From: Actinomycetota bacterium
GTDB lineage: Bacteria; Actinomycetota; Coriobacteriia; Anaerosomatales; D1FN1-002
Assembly (NCBI GenBank): GCA_037445995.1
Contig: JBBIJK010000004.1
Span: forward strand, 30,451 to 94,450
DNA length: 64,000 nucleotides
Reading direction: 5' to 3'
Positions 1 through 8,414 of this stretch are shown here, one piece after another; the first letter of the stretch is position 1, and every line of letters begins with the position of its first letter. A model generated the notes under the pieces. It was not told where the DNA came from. It searched no databases and was given only the letters and a program-made list of their open reading frames with translations. The translations under genes were made by a program, and so were the position numbers.

Positions 1-1
1 C

Positions 2-448
2 CTGAAGCTCGAGCGGAACCCCGAGGACTCCGACGCGAGGCTGGAGCTGGCGAACATCTACTTCGACGTGCGGGACAGGACAGGCAGCCTGGACGCGGGT
101 CTGAAGGCCATCAAGCACTACGAACGCTACCTGTCCCGCCAGCCCGACGCGGTGAACGCCCGAGCCGACTACGCTGCCGTCCTGTTCTACACGGGCCAGA
201 CCGACGTGGCCATCCAGCAGATCAGCAAGGTCCTCGAGGCGGAGCCTCGGCACGTCAAGGCCAACTTCAACCTCGGCATCTTCTACTGGAAGGGCCGGGG
301 TGACCTCCGCGCGGCTCACGCGCAGTTCAAGAAGGTCGAAGAGGCCACGAAGGTGGGCGACCAGGTCACCCTCGGGATCAACGCCGAGGCGAAGACCAAC
401 GCCGCCGAGATAGAGAAGGAAGCCAAGGCGGCGGGGATCACGCTATGA
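2..448 (+). CDS. TPR-repeat protein, C-terminal part (5' end lies outside the window)
   Basis: Frame 2 is open from the first base (LKLERNPEDSDARLELANIYFDV...) into ORF 68..448. It has TPR-like helical repeats (NFNLGIFYWKGRGDLRAAHAQFKKV). The stop overlaps the trxB start (ATGA). Confidence 0.6.
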   Translation: MKLERNPEDSDARLELANIYFDVRDRTGSLDAGLKAIKHYERYLSRQPDAVNARADYAAVLFYTGQTDVAIQQISKVLEAEPRHVKANFNLGIFYWKGRGDLRAAHAQFKKVEEATKVGDQVTLGINAEAKTNAAEIEKEAKAAGITL

Positions 449-1425
449 GCGAAGCGGCTGCCGGAAGAGACGTCATCGACATCGCCATCATCGGCGCCGG
501 GCCTGCGGGCCTGACGGCGGCGCTGTACGCTTCACGTGCCCGCGCCAAGACCGTGGTGTTCGAGAAGGGCATACCCGGAGGCCAGATCGTCACCACGGAC
601 CACGTCGAGAACTACCCTGGGTTCCCCGGCGGGCTTTCGGGCGCGGAGCTCGGCGCGCTCATGACAAGGCAAGCCGAGGAGTTCGGCGCCGTCATCCGCA
701 CCTTCACCGACGTGTCGTCGGTCGAGCCCGCGGGGCTCGATTTCCTGCTGCGCACGGTCGACGGCGAGGAGTTCTTGGCCAGGGCGGTCATCCTGGCCAC
801 CGGCGCTGTGCCTCGCAAAATCGGCGTCCCCGGGGAGGCCGAGTACACCGGGCGAGGTGTCTCCTGGTGCGCGACGTGCGACGGCGCGCTCTTCCGCGAC
901 AAGGTGGTGGCGGTGATCGGAGGCGGCGACGCGGCCGTGGAGGAGGCTCTGTTCCTCACCAAGTTCGCCTCGCGGGTCCACATCGTCCACCGGCGGGACG
1001 AGCTTCGCGCGACCAAGTGCATCCAGGAGCGGTGCTTCGACAACCCGAAAGTGTCGTTAGAGTGGAGCAGGGTGGTAGCCTCCATCGAGGGGGACGGTGA
1101 GCGCGTCACGGGACTCGTGCTGGCCTCCACCAAGGGTGAGCCGGAGGTCGTCCTCCCGGTCGACGGGGTGTTCATCTTCGTGGGCGTCCATCCCGTGAGC
1201 GAGCTGGTGCGCGAGCTCGTGGCGTGCGACGATGCCGGCTACGTGCGGATCGACCACGACGGACGGACGGAGCAGCCGGGTATGTACGCAGCGGGCGACG
1301 TGACCGACTCCGAGCTCAAGCAGGTGGTGACCGCCGCCGCCAAGGGTGCGTCGGCAGCTTTCGAGGCGCTCCGCTACATTGATTCGAAGACGTGTGGTGT
1401 CCGGATGGAGGGAGAGGGAACGTGA
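445..1425 (+). CDS. trxB: Thioredoxin-disulfide reductase (FAD/NAD(P)-binding)
   Basis: 326 aa. GxGxxG dinucleotide motifs (IIGAGPAG, VIGGGDAAVEEA), the redox-active CATCDG motif, and a thioredoxin gene immediately downstream. Confidence 0.93.
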   Translation: MSEAAAGRDVIDIAIIGAGPAGLTAALYASRARAKTVVFEKGIPGGQIVTTDHVENYPGFPGGLSGAELGALMTRQAEEFGAVIRTFTDVSSVEPAGLDFLLRTVDGEEFLARAVILATGAVPRKIGVPGEAEYTGRGVSWCATCDGALFRDKVVAVIGGGDAAVEEALFLTKFASRVHIVHRRDELRATKCIQERCFDNPKVSLEWSRVVASIEGDGERVTGLVLASTKGEPEVVLPVDGVFIFVGVHPVSELVRELVACDDAGYVRIDHDGRTEQPGMYAAGDVTDSELKQVVTAAAKGASAAFEALRYIDSKTCGVRMEGEGT

Positions 1426-1751
1426 GCGAGAACATCATCGACGTAACCGACGCCAGCTTCGAGGAGGATGTGGTCGGCTCCAGCCTCCCCGTCGTCCTCG
1501 ACTTCTGGGCCCCTTGGTGCGGCCCGTGCCGCATGATGGAGCCCGTCCTCGAGGAGGTCGCAGCCGAGTACGCCGGCAAGCTCGTCGTCGGCAAGCTGAA
1601 CGTCGACGAGAACCCGCAGGTAGCCACCAGGTACGACATCCTGTCCATCCCCTCTCTCCTCGTTTTCGCGGACGGTCAGGTCGCCAAGAAGCTGGTGGGC
1701 GCGATGCCCAAGAAGCGGCTGCTCGAGGAACTGTCCGGCTTGGTCGGCTGA
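1422..1751 (+). CDS. trxA: Thioredoxin
   Basis: WAPWCGPCR active site. I place the start at GTG 1422, preceded by GGAGGGAGAGGGAA and overlapping the trxB stop, rather than at the ORF-track start 1392. Confidence 0.92.
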   Translation: MSENIIDVTDASFEEDVVGSSLPVVLDFWAPWCGPCRMMEPVLEEVAAEYAGKLVVGKLNVDENPQVATRYDILSIPSLLVFADGQVAKKLVGAMPKKRLLEELSGLVG

Positions 1752-1763
1752 GGGAGACTCGCG

Positions 1764-2009
1764 ATGTGCCAGCAGGGGATCAACATCGACCAGCTGAAGC
1801 TGTCCGTCGCCCAGACCGGCGATGTCATCGGCGTCGCCCAGTCCTCCCTCGAGCAGCTGCATCACGTCGCGGACAGCGGCGGACGGGCTGAGGCGAGCGC
1901 CCGTATCGCGCAGGCATCGGTGCTGCTTGGCGAGGCGCGCGCGAAGCTGGAGGAGGCCATCAGGGACCTCGGTGGCGAATCCGGCGGCTTCACGGTCGAG
2001 CTCGTCTGA
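1764..2009 (+). CDS. Small hypothetical helical protein (81 aa)
   Basis: Strong G/C third-position bias in this frame and co-directional with trxBA. No motif recognised. The competing minus ORF 1374..2069 looks like a shadow ORF. Confidence 0.4.
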   Translation: MCQQGINIDQLKLSVAQTGDVIGVAQSSLEQLHHVADSGGRAEASARIAQASVLLGEARAKLEEAIRDLGGESGGFTVELV

Positions 2010-2062
2010 CCGAACAGGACCCGACACACAGCGGCGCTCGCGCGTCGATGGCGAGAAGCCGT

Positions 2063-2090
2063 TTGACACCCTTCAGGCGGGTGCTACACT
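2063..2090 (+). promoter_or_regulatory. Sigma-70-like promoter of the nikR operon
   Basis: TTGACA (2063-2068), a 16-nt spacer, then TGc-TACACT (2082-2090, extended -10). Located about 35 nt upstream of the nikR start. Confidence 0.45.
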
Positions 2091-2126
2091 TTCTCCACTC
2101 GTGCTACCCGACGCGTGGAGGTACCC

Positions 2127-2546
2127 GTGTCCGACTTGGTGCGGTTCGGTGTCGCGATGGAGCGCTCCCTGTTGGAGCGGTTCGACGAGCTGGTAAAGAG
2201 ACGCGGTACGGCCCGCAACCGCTCCGAGGCGGTGCGTGACCTGGTCAGAGACGCACTGGTCGACGCCGCGTGGGAGAGCTCGCACGAGGAGGCGGTAGGC
2301 ACCGTCACGATGGTGTTCGATCATCACGCCGCCGAACTTGCCGACAAGCTCGACTCGCTCCAGCACGCTCACCACGACCGGGTGGTCTCGACACTCCACG
2401 TCCACCTTGACGCCCACAACTGCCTCGAGGTGCTGGTCGTCCGGGGCCGGAGCAGCGAGATCCGAGCGATCGCCGACACGCTTCTAGGAACCAAGGGCGT
2501 CAAGCACGGGAAACTCGTGATGACCACGACGGGCCAAGGACTCTAG
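2127..2546 (+). CDS. nikR: Nickel-responsive transcriptional regulator NikR (ribbon-helix-helix + C-terminal metal-binding domain)
   Basis: N-terminal RHH ([19 protein letters not shown]...[12 protein letters not shown]) and a C-terminal His-rich ACT-like domain ([21 protein letters not shown]). GTG 2127 follows GGAGG (2117-2121). A Ni/Co ECF transporter lies immediately downstream. Confidence 0.85.
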   Translation: MSDLVRFGVAMERSLLERFDELVKRRGTARNRSEAVRDLVRDALVDAAWESSHEEAVGTVTMVFDHHAAELADKLDSLQHAHHDRVVSTLHVHLDAHNCLEVLVVRGRSSEIRAIADTLLGTKGVKHGKLVMTTTGQGL

Positions 2547-2554
2547 GAGGAGAG

Positions 2555-3484
2555 ATGCACATCCCTGACGGCATGCTGTCCGTCCCCACAGTGGCGATCA
2601 GCGGCGCCGCTTCCGCTGGCTACGTCGCGTTGGCGCTGCGGCGCATCCGGGCTGGATTCGACCAGCGGCGCGTCGTCCTCGCCTCGGTGACCGCAGCCCT
2701 CGTCTTCGCGCTGCAGATGCTGAACTTCCCGGTAGCAGCGGGGACCTCCGGGCACTTCGCGGGCGGAGCGTTCGCGGCGATACTGCTCGGCCCGCTGACC
2801 GCGAGCGTGGTGATGACAGCGGTGCTGGCGGTGCAGGCGTTCGTCTTCCAGGACGGCGGCGTCCTGGCCTTGGGTGCCAACATCCTCAACCTCGGAGTGA
2901 TAGCGCCGCTGACGGGGTGGGCCGTGTGGAGGTTCGTCACCGGGGTCTGGGCCGCAGCGCGCCCGCTCGCCGCGTTCGCGGCGGCATGGTGCTCGGTGGT
3001 CGTCGCGGCGCTGGCCGCCGGCGCCGAGATCTGGCTGTCGGGCAACGCGCGGCTGGACCTCATCCTCGGGGCGATGGGCGCGTGGCATGCGGTGATCGGC
3101 GTCGGCGAGGGGCTCATCACCGCCGGGATTGTCGGCTACGTCTGGAAGGTGCGTCCCGACCTCCTTGAAGCCGGTCCCGCGACGACCCGTGCCGGAGTGG
3201 CGGGACCGGCCCTCACCTTCGCGGCACTCGCGGTGGCAGCAGCCGGGCTGTCCTTCCTCGCATCGAGCCACCCTGACGGCCTGGAGTACGTCTATTTCGA
3301 GCGTGGCGTGGGACGCGCCTTCGAAGAACGCTCGCTTTTCGAAAGCCCCATCCCCGACTACGTGTTCCCAGGAGTGGGCAGTGAGGCTCTGGCCGGCGTC
3401 CTGGCGGGCCTCGCGGGCGTGATCGTCACAGGCACCCTCATCTGGGCCGGGGTGTCCGGAGCGCGCTACAGGCGAAAAGACTGA
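2555..3484 (+). CDS. ECF-type Ni/Co transporter substrate-capture component CbiM/NikM with C-terminal PDGLE-domain extension
   Basis: The N-terminus MHIPDGML is the hallmark metal-ligating start of CbiM/NikM. The protein is polytopic, and its C-terminal ~90 aa contain SHPDGLEY (PDGLE motif). Confidence 0.85.
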   Translation: MHIPDGMLSVPTVAISGAASAGYVALALRRIRAGFDQRRVVLASVTAALVFALQMLNFPVAAGTSGHFAGGAFAAILLGPLTASVVMTAVLAVQAFVFQDGGVLALGANILNLGVIAPLTGWAVWRFVTGVWAAARPLAAFAAAWCSVVVAALAAGAEIWLSGNARLDLILGAMGAWHAVIGVGEGLITAGIVGYVWKVRPDLLEAGPATTRAGVAGPALTFAALAVAAAGLSFLASSHPDGLEYVYFERGVGRAFEERSLFESPIPDYVFPGVGSEALAGVLAGLAGVIVTGTLIWAGVSGARYRRKD

Positions 3485-3487
3485 GGC

Positions 3488-4354
3488 GTGGCTCTCGACC
3501 ACGACGCCGGCCGGCACCAGCTGCACGGTCACGAGCACGCCCACGCCGACGAGCCCGAGCACCGGCATCCCCACCACCACGACCCCTCCGGCACCCATGA
3601 TCATGCGCACGCCATGGGCTTCGAGCGCCACGCGTACCTCGTCTCGCCTGTGCACGATCTTGACCCTCGCTTCAAGGTCGTGATGGCCCTGACGCTCGCT
3701 GTCGCCGCCGCCGGCGGCCCCCCGCTGCGAGCGGCAGAGTTCCTGGCCCTCTGCGCACTGCTGGCGGCCGTCGCCGTGATCGCCAAGCTCCCGCTGGGCT
3801 GGGCGCTGACCCGGAGCCTGGCTGTTCTGCCGTTCGCGCTGGGCATCGCAGCCTTCGCTCCTCTCGCCCGCGCGGACGCCCTGGAGTGGCCCGCGATCGT
3901 GAGGGCCTACTCGGAGGGGCACCCGATCGTCTGGTCCATCGCATCCAAGGCTTGGGTGTCGGCGTCGGCGGCCCTACTGCTCGTCGCGACGACGCCACTA
4001 CCCCGGCTGTTCAAGGCGCTCGCGTCTCTGCGGGTTCCCGACACGCTCCTGACCATGCTGACGTTCCTCTACCGCTTCACGGACGTCTTCTCTAGGCAGG
4101 TGGTGTCGATGAGGCGGGCGATCGCGGCAAGAGCCCCCCGGATGAGGCCGATTGCCCTGGCCACCGTGTACGGCGGACTGGCCGGCAACCTTCTGGTACG
4201 CGCCTATGAACGCGGCGAGCGGGTTCACGCCGCCATGCTCTCGCGCGGGTACACCGGGACCCTGCCCTCCCCTGAGCCGTTCAGGGCGCGGTCGTCCGAC
4301 TGGGTGGCGCTGGCGACGATCGTGATGGCGTCAGCCGCCTCGATCCTGTACTGA
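3488..4354 (+). CDS. ECF transporter transmembrane (T) component CbiQ/NikQ with His-rich N-terminal extension
   Basis: The core begins ...HAYLVSPVHDLDPRFKVV, typical of a CbiQ N-terminus, and has the conserved Arg-rich coupling region (FRFTDVFSRQVVSMRRAIAARA). It is preceded in frame by 42 codons containing 14 His, with coding-like GC3. Confidence 0.8.
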   Translation: MALDHDAGRHQLHGHEHAHADEPEHRHPHHHDPSGTHDHAHAMGFERHAYLVSPVHDLDPRFKVVMALTLAVAAAGGPPLRAAEFLALCALLAAVAVIAKLPLGWALTRSLAVLPFALGIAAFAPLARADALEWPAIVRAYSEGHPIVWSIASKAWVSASAALLLVATTPLPRLFKALASLRVPDTLLTMLTFLYRFTDVFSRQVVSMRRAIAARAPRMRPIALATVYGGLAGNLLVRAYERGERVHAAMLSRGYTGTLPSPEPFRARSSDWVALATIVMASAASILY

Positions 4355-4369
4355 ACGGAGGCGACACAG

Positions 4370-5119
4370 ATGACGCATCTCCCTCCGGCCTTGGACGTGA
4401 GCGGACTGGAGCACAGGTATCCCGACGGGACCGAGGCCCTCGCGGGCGTGGACATGCGGGTCGACGCGGGCGAACGGGTCGCCCTGCTGGGCCCCAACGG
4501 CGCTGGCAAGTCCACCCTGATCCTGCACCTGAACGGGATCGTGTTGCCACAGGTCGGCTCGGTCACGGTGGAGGGCCGGCGGTTGTCCGCCGACACCGCC
4601 GGAGAGATCCGCGCTCGGGTGGGCCTGGTGTTCCAGGATCCCGACGACCAGCTCTTCATGACCACCGTGTACGACGATGTCGCGTTCGGACCGCTGAACA
4701 TGGGTCTTAGCCGTGAGGAAGTCGACGCGCGGGTACGCTTCGCCCTCGATGCCGTGGGGCTCACATCGGCGGCCAGCAAGCCAGGGGCGAACCTCTCGGT
4801 GGGGCAGCGAAGGAGAGCCGCCCTGGCCACGGTCATCGCGATGGGCCCGGCGATCCTAGTTCTCGACGAGCCGACCTCCAACCTCGACCCTCGGTCACGG
4901 CGCGAGATGGAGGCGCTGCTCGCTTCGCTGGAGGTGACCTTGATCGTGGCGACCCACGACATGGATGTCGCGTGGCGCCTGTGCGAACGCGCCGTGGTGC
5001 TGGACGCAGGCCGGGTGGTCGCCGACGGCGCCGTCCGGGACCTTCTCTCAGACGAGGCGCTGATGGTCGGACACGGGCTGGAGCTCCCGCCCGCAGTGGC
5101 GGCGCGGTCTTCGCTATGA
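4370..5119 (+). CDS. ECF transporter ATPase CbiO/NikO
   Basis: Walker A GPNGAGKST, signature LSVGQRRR, Walker B ILVLDEPTSNLD. Confidence 0.88.
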   Translation: MTHLPPALDVSGLEHRYPDGTEALAGVDMRVDAGERVALLGPNGAGKSTLILHLNGIVLPQVGSVTVEGRRLSADTAGEIRARVGLVFQDPDDQLFMTTVYDDVAFGPLNMGLSREEVDARVRFALDAVGLTSAASKPGANLSVGQRRRAALATVIAMGPAILVLDEPTSNLDPRSRREMEALLASLEVTLIVATHDMDVAWRLCERAVVLDAGRVVADGAVRDLLSDEALMVGHGLELPPAVAARSSL

Positions 5120-5126
5120 TCGCCAG

Positions 5127-5771
5127 ATGAAGCGCAACCAGCACAAGCATGTGGTCCATGACCCGGGTGCCCAAGGCGTGCCCGCGTACTTCGAATGCCC
5201 CGAGTGCGGCTTCCTCTCGGCCGACGAAGCGTTCGGACGCGGCGAGCGCGGATGCCCCGAGTGCGGCCGCAGCGGCTCCGCGCCTAGGGACTTCCCCACC
5301 GAGAGGCTCCGCCGGCTAGACGGCCGGATCCGCGGCTACTATGCCGAGGGCGAGTGGGAGGTCGTCGTCATCCTGGCCGAGACCTTCCTCGAAGCCATCC
5401 TCGAGGACATCATCGACCGCATCCTCGGGGCGCACGGCGCGGACGTCGCCGTGCGCTCGGTGGTGCTCGACGGGCAGCGCGCCATCGGGGCCCGGATCGG
5501 CAGGCTCTTCCCTCACCTCGTCGGCGAGGAGTTCGAGGAGGTCGCCCACGAGCTGGGGTACCGTGAGTTCCCGAGACGCTGGAGGCGACTGCGCGAGGCG
5601 CGCAACGCGTTCATCCACGACTCGCCCTTCCGCGGTCCGCAGGAGGCACTCGACGAGAGAACGGCCCGCGAGGCCATGGAGCTGCTCGATCAGGCGTACC
5701 GGCTGTTCGTCCTCATCAACAACCGCTTCGTGGCCGACGGGCGTCACCGCGCGCAGCAGGCGGGCGGATGA
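5127..5771 (+). CDS. Hypothetical protein: N-terminal Zn-ribbon (CPEC-X15-CPEC) + ~150-aa helical domain
   Basis: High GC3. The start is 8 nt after the nikO stop and the stop overlaps the hypF start (ATGA). The N-terminus is MKRNQHKHVVHD followed by two CPECG knuckles. Confidence 0.6.
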   Translation: MKRNQHKHVVHDPGAQGVPAYFECPECGFLSADEAFGRGERGCPECGRSGSAPRDFPTERLRRLDGRIRGYYAEGEWEVVVILAETFLEAILEDIIDRILGAHGADVAVRSVVLDGQRAIGARIGRLFPHLVGEEFEEVAHELGYREFPRRWRRLREARNAFIHDSPFRGPQEALDERTAREAMELLDQAYRLFVLINNRFVADGRHRAQQAGG

Positions 5772-8116
5772 GGGCGCTTCACGTCCATGTGACCGGCGTG
5801 GTCCAGGGCGTCGGATTCAGGCCCTTCGTCTACGACCTGGCGGTCAGGCTCGGCCTGCGCGGCTGGGTCCGCAACAGCTCGGAGGGCGTCTTCGCGGTCG
5901 TCGAGGGAGAGCCGGGCGCCCTCGAGGAGTTCGCTCGTCGCATACGCGACGACGCGCCCCCGATGGCCGTGGTGGACTCGGTGACCGCACGGGAGGTCGC
6001 GGTCCAGGGATTCGAAGCGTTCCGCATCGAGGAATCCGAGGTACTTGAGGGGGCGATGACCCTCGTCTCCCCCGACATCGCGACGTGCGATCCCTGCCTT
6101 CGGGAGATGCGGGACCCATCGGACCGACGCTACCGCTATCCCTTCGTGAACTGCACCAACTGCGGACCGCGGTTCACCATCATCGCCGACGTCCCGTACG
6201 ACCGTCCCTCCACCTCGATGAGGGATTTCCCGATGTGCGAGGAGTGCGGCCGCGAGTACGGCGACCCCTCGGACAGGCGCTTCCACGCGCAACCCGACGC
6301 CTGCTTCGTCTGCGGTCCTAGGCTGTACCTGAACCCCTCCAGCGCGGCTTCGGTCGCCATGGACGCCGATTGGGTCTGGAGCCCGGATAGGCAGACCGCT
6401 CCGCGGCTGCACCGGGACCTCCAGACCGAGCGGGCCCGCTCCGGCGGCATCATAGACCGGGCGGCGGAGCTCCTGGCGGACGGCGGGACGCTGGCCCTCA
6501 AAGGCCTGGGCGGCTTCCAGTTGGTCTGCGACGCCACCTCGGAGGCGGCCGTCGCACGCCTTCGCGGACGCAAGCGCCGCTGGGGCAAGCCGCTGGCCGT
6601 GATGGCCCAGGACCTCGAGGCGGCTCGTGCCCTGGCGCGAATCGACGACGCGGAGGCCGACCTGCTCGCCAGCACCGCGCGTCCTATCCTCCTCGCACGA
6701 CGCGGGGGGTCGGACGTCCTCGCGCCCTCGGTGGCGCCCGGGGTCGCGGAGATCGGGCTGATGCTCCCCTACACCCCGCTGCACCATCTGCTGCTCGAGG
6801 CGGTCGGGCGCCCCGTGGTCATGACCTCGGGCAACCTGTCCGACGAGCCCATCGCGACCGGCAACTCAGAAGCGCTCGAGCGTCTGGACCCCATCGCCGA
6901 CGCGTTCCTCCTTCACGACCGGGAGATCCTCTCCCGGTACGACGACTCGGTCACGCGGGTCGTGGGCGGGTCCTTCCAGTCCGTCCGGCGAGCGCGCGGG
7001 TACGCCCCGTTCCCGCTGCGCATGCCCGTCGGCAGCGACGTGGACATCCTCGCCGTCGGACCCGAACAGAAGAACACGTTCACTTTGGTCCGCGGTGACC
7101 TCGCTTTCGTCTCCCAGCACATCGGGGACATGGAGAACGCCCAGACCCTCGAAAGCTTCGAGGAGACCATTGCTCTGTACGAGAGGCTCTTCCGCGTCAC
7201 TCCGGGCCTGGTCGCGCACGATCTCCACCCCGAGTACCTCTCGACCAAGCACGCCATGCGCCTGGACCTGCCTCGCGTGGGCGTGCAGCACCATCACGCG
7301 CACATCGCGAGCGTCATGGCGGAGAACGACGTCCGAGAGCGTGTCGTGGGCGTCGCGTTCGACGGCACCGGCTACGGCGTCGACGGCACGATCTGGGGTG
7401 GAGAGGTCCTCCTCGCGGACACGGCGGGGTTCGAGCGCTTCGCGCACCTGCGGGCGGTCCCGATGCCCGGGGGTGTTGCCGCGATCCGCCGCCCCGCGCG
7501 CATGGCGGTCGGGACGCTGGCCTCGCTGGGGCTGCTGGAGCACCCCGGCGCGGCCACGCTCCGCGCGCGACTGGCCGAGGGCGAGGAGGAGATCGTGCTC
7601 CGGATGGTGGAGCGCGCCGTGAACACCCCGCTCACCTCGTCGATGGGGAGGCTGTTCGACGCTGTGTCCGCGCTCGCGGGGGTGCGCGACGACGCCCTGT
7701 ACGAAGGCCAGGCCGCGGTGGAGCTCGAGGCGATCGCCGACCTCGCGTCCGACGGCGCCTACCGGTTCGCGATGGACGGCGCTGGGCCCTTGGTGATCGA
7801 CCCCGCGCCGGTGCTGGAAGCCGCGTTGGACGACCTGGCACGCGGGGTGCAGCCGTCCATGGTGTCCGCCCGCTTCCACCGGGCGGTGGTGGATGCCGTG
7901 GTCCGGGTCGCGGCCTTGGCCGCGGACGCTGCGCACACCGCCGACGTGGCGCTCGCCGGAGGGGTGTTCATGAACCGGATCCTGCTCGAGGGTTCGATGG
8001 TCGCCCTTGGCGAGGCCGGGCTCACGCCCCTCGTCCATCGGGACCTGCCCTCCAACGACGCGGCCGTGTCCCATGGGCAGGCGTTCGTTGCGTGCTCGAA
8101 GCTTCTTGCGATATAA
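5768..8116 (+). CDS. hypF: [NiFe]-hydrogenase maturation carbamoyltransferase HypF
   Basis: 782 aa. Acylphosphatase-like N-terminus (VTGVVQGVGFRPFV), two Zn-finger pairs (CDPCLREM...NCTNCGPRFTI; CEECGREY...CFVCGPR), and YrdC-like and Kae1-like C-terminal domains. Confidence 0.95.
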   Translation: MRALHVHVTGVVQGVGFRPFVYDLAVRLGLRGWVRNSSEGVFAVVEGEPGALEEFARRIRDDAPPMAVVDSVTAREVAVQGFEAFRIEESEVLEGAMTLVSPDIATCDPCLREMRDPSDRRYRYPFVNCTNCGPRFTIIADVPYDRPSTSMRDFPMCEECGREYGDPSDRRFHAQPDACFVCGPRLYLNPSSAASVAMDADWVWSPDRQTAPRLHRDLQTERARSGGIIDRAAELLADGGTLALKGLGGFQLVCDATSEAAVARLRGRKRRWGKPLAVMAQDLEAARALARIDDAEADLLASTARPILLARRGGSDVLAPSVAPGVAEIGLMLPYTPLHHLLLEAVGRPVVMTSGNLSDEPIATGNSEALERLDPIADAFLLHDREILSRYDDSVTRVVGGSFQSVRRARGYAPFPLRMPVGSDVDILAVGPEQKNTFTLVRGDLAFVSQHIGDMENAQTLESFEETIALYERLFRVTPGLVAHDLHPEYLSTKHAMRLDLPRVGVQHHHAHIASVMAENDVRERVVGVAFDGTGYGVDGTIWGGEVLLADTAGFERFAHLRAVPMPGGVAAIRRPARMAVGTLASLGLLEHPGAATLRARLAEGEEEIVLRMVERAVNTPLTSSMGRLFDAVSALAGVRDDALYEGQAAVELEAIADLASDGAYRFAMDGAGPLVIDPAPVLEAALDDLARGVQPSMVSARFHRAVVDAVVRVAALAADAAHTADVALAGGVFMNRILLEGSMVALGEAGLTPLVHRDLPSNDAAVSHGQAFVACSKLLAI

Positions 8117-8149
8117 GCATCTGGCACCCTCACGGAGGAGGTCCCGACG

Positions 8150-8410
8150 ATGTGTCTAGCGATCCCGGCCAAGATAGTGTCCATCGGAGAGCTGAACATG
8201 GCCGAAGTGGACATCTTGGGCGTGTCACGCCACGTGAGCCTCGACATGACACCTGAAGCGAAAGTCGGCGAGTTCGTGCTGGTACACGCCGGCTTCTCCA
8301 TCCAGGTCGTGGACGAGGCCTACGCCCAGGAGACCCTTGAGACCCTCAAGCAGCTCGACATCGTCGGGGACGAGATCGGGCCCCCTGACGCCGCCGAGAG
8401 CGACGCGTGA
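8150..8410 (+). CDS. hypC: Hydrogenase assembly chaperone HypC/HupF
   Basis: MCLAIPAKIV N-terminus (essential Cys2), 86 aa, RBS GGAGGAGG upstream. Confidence 0.9.
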   Translation: MCLAIPAKIVSIGELNMAEVDILGVSRHVSLDMTPEAKVGEFVLVHAGFSIQVVDEAYAQETLETLKQLDIVGDEIGPPDAAESDA

Positions 8411-8414
8411 CGCG

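Noticed and set aside
2543-3922. 459-aa minus-strand ORF across nikM/nikQ. Similar long antisense ORFs occur at 5744..6787, 6866..8074, 10325..11542, 27566..30031, 50426..52513 and 61707..63509.
   Set aside because: All are Arg/Gly/Pro/Asp-rich with no recognisable domains. Each lies opposite a gene with strong family motifs and proper third-position GC bias, so I treat them as GC-driven artefacts.
5127-5771. Calling the Zn-ribbon ORF HypA
   Set aside because: It lacks the MHE N-terminal Ni site. The ribbon is N-terminal rather than C-terminal, and the protein is about twice HypA length with an unrelated helical domain. Only the operon position is suggestive.
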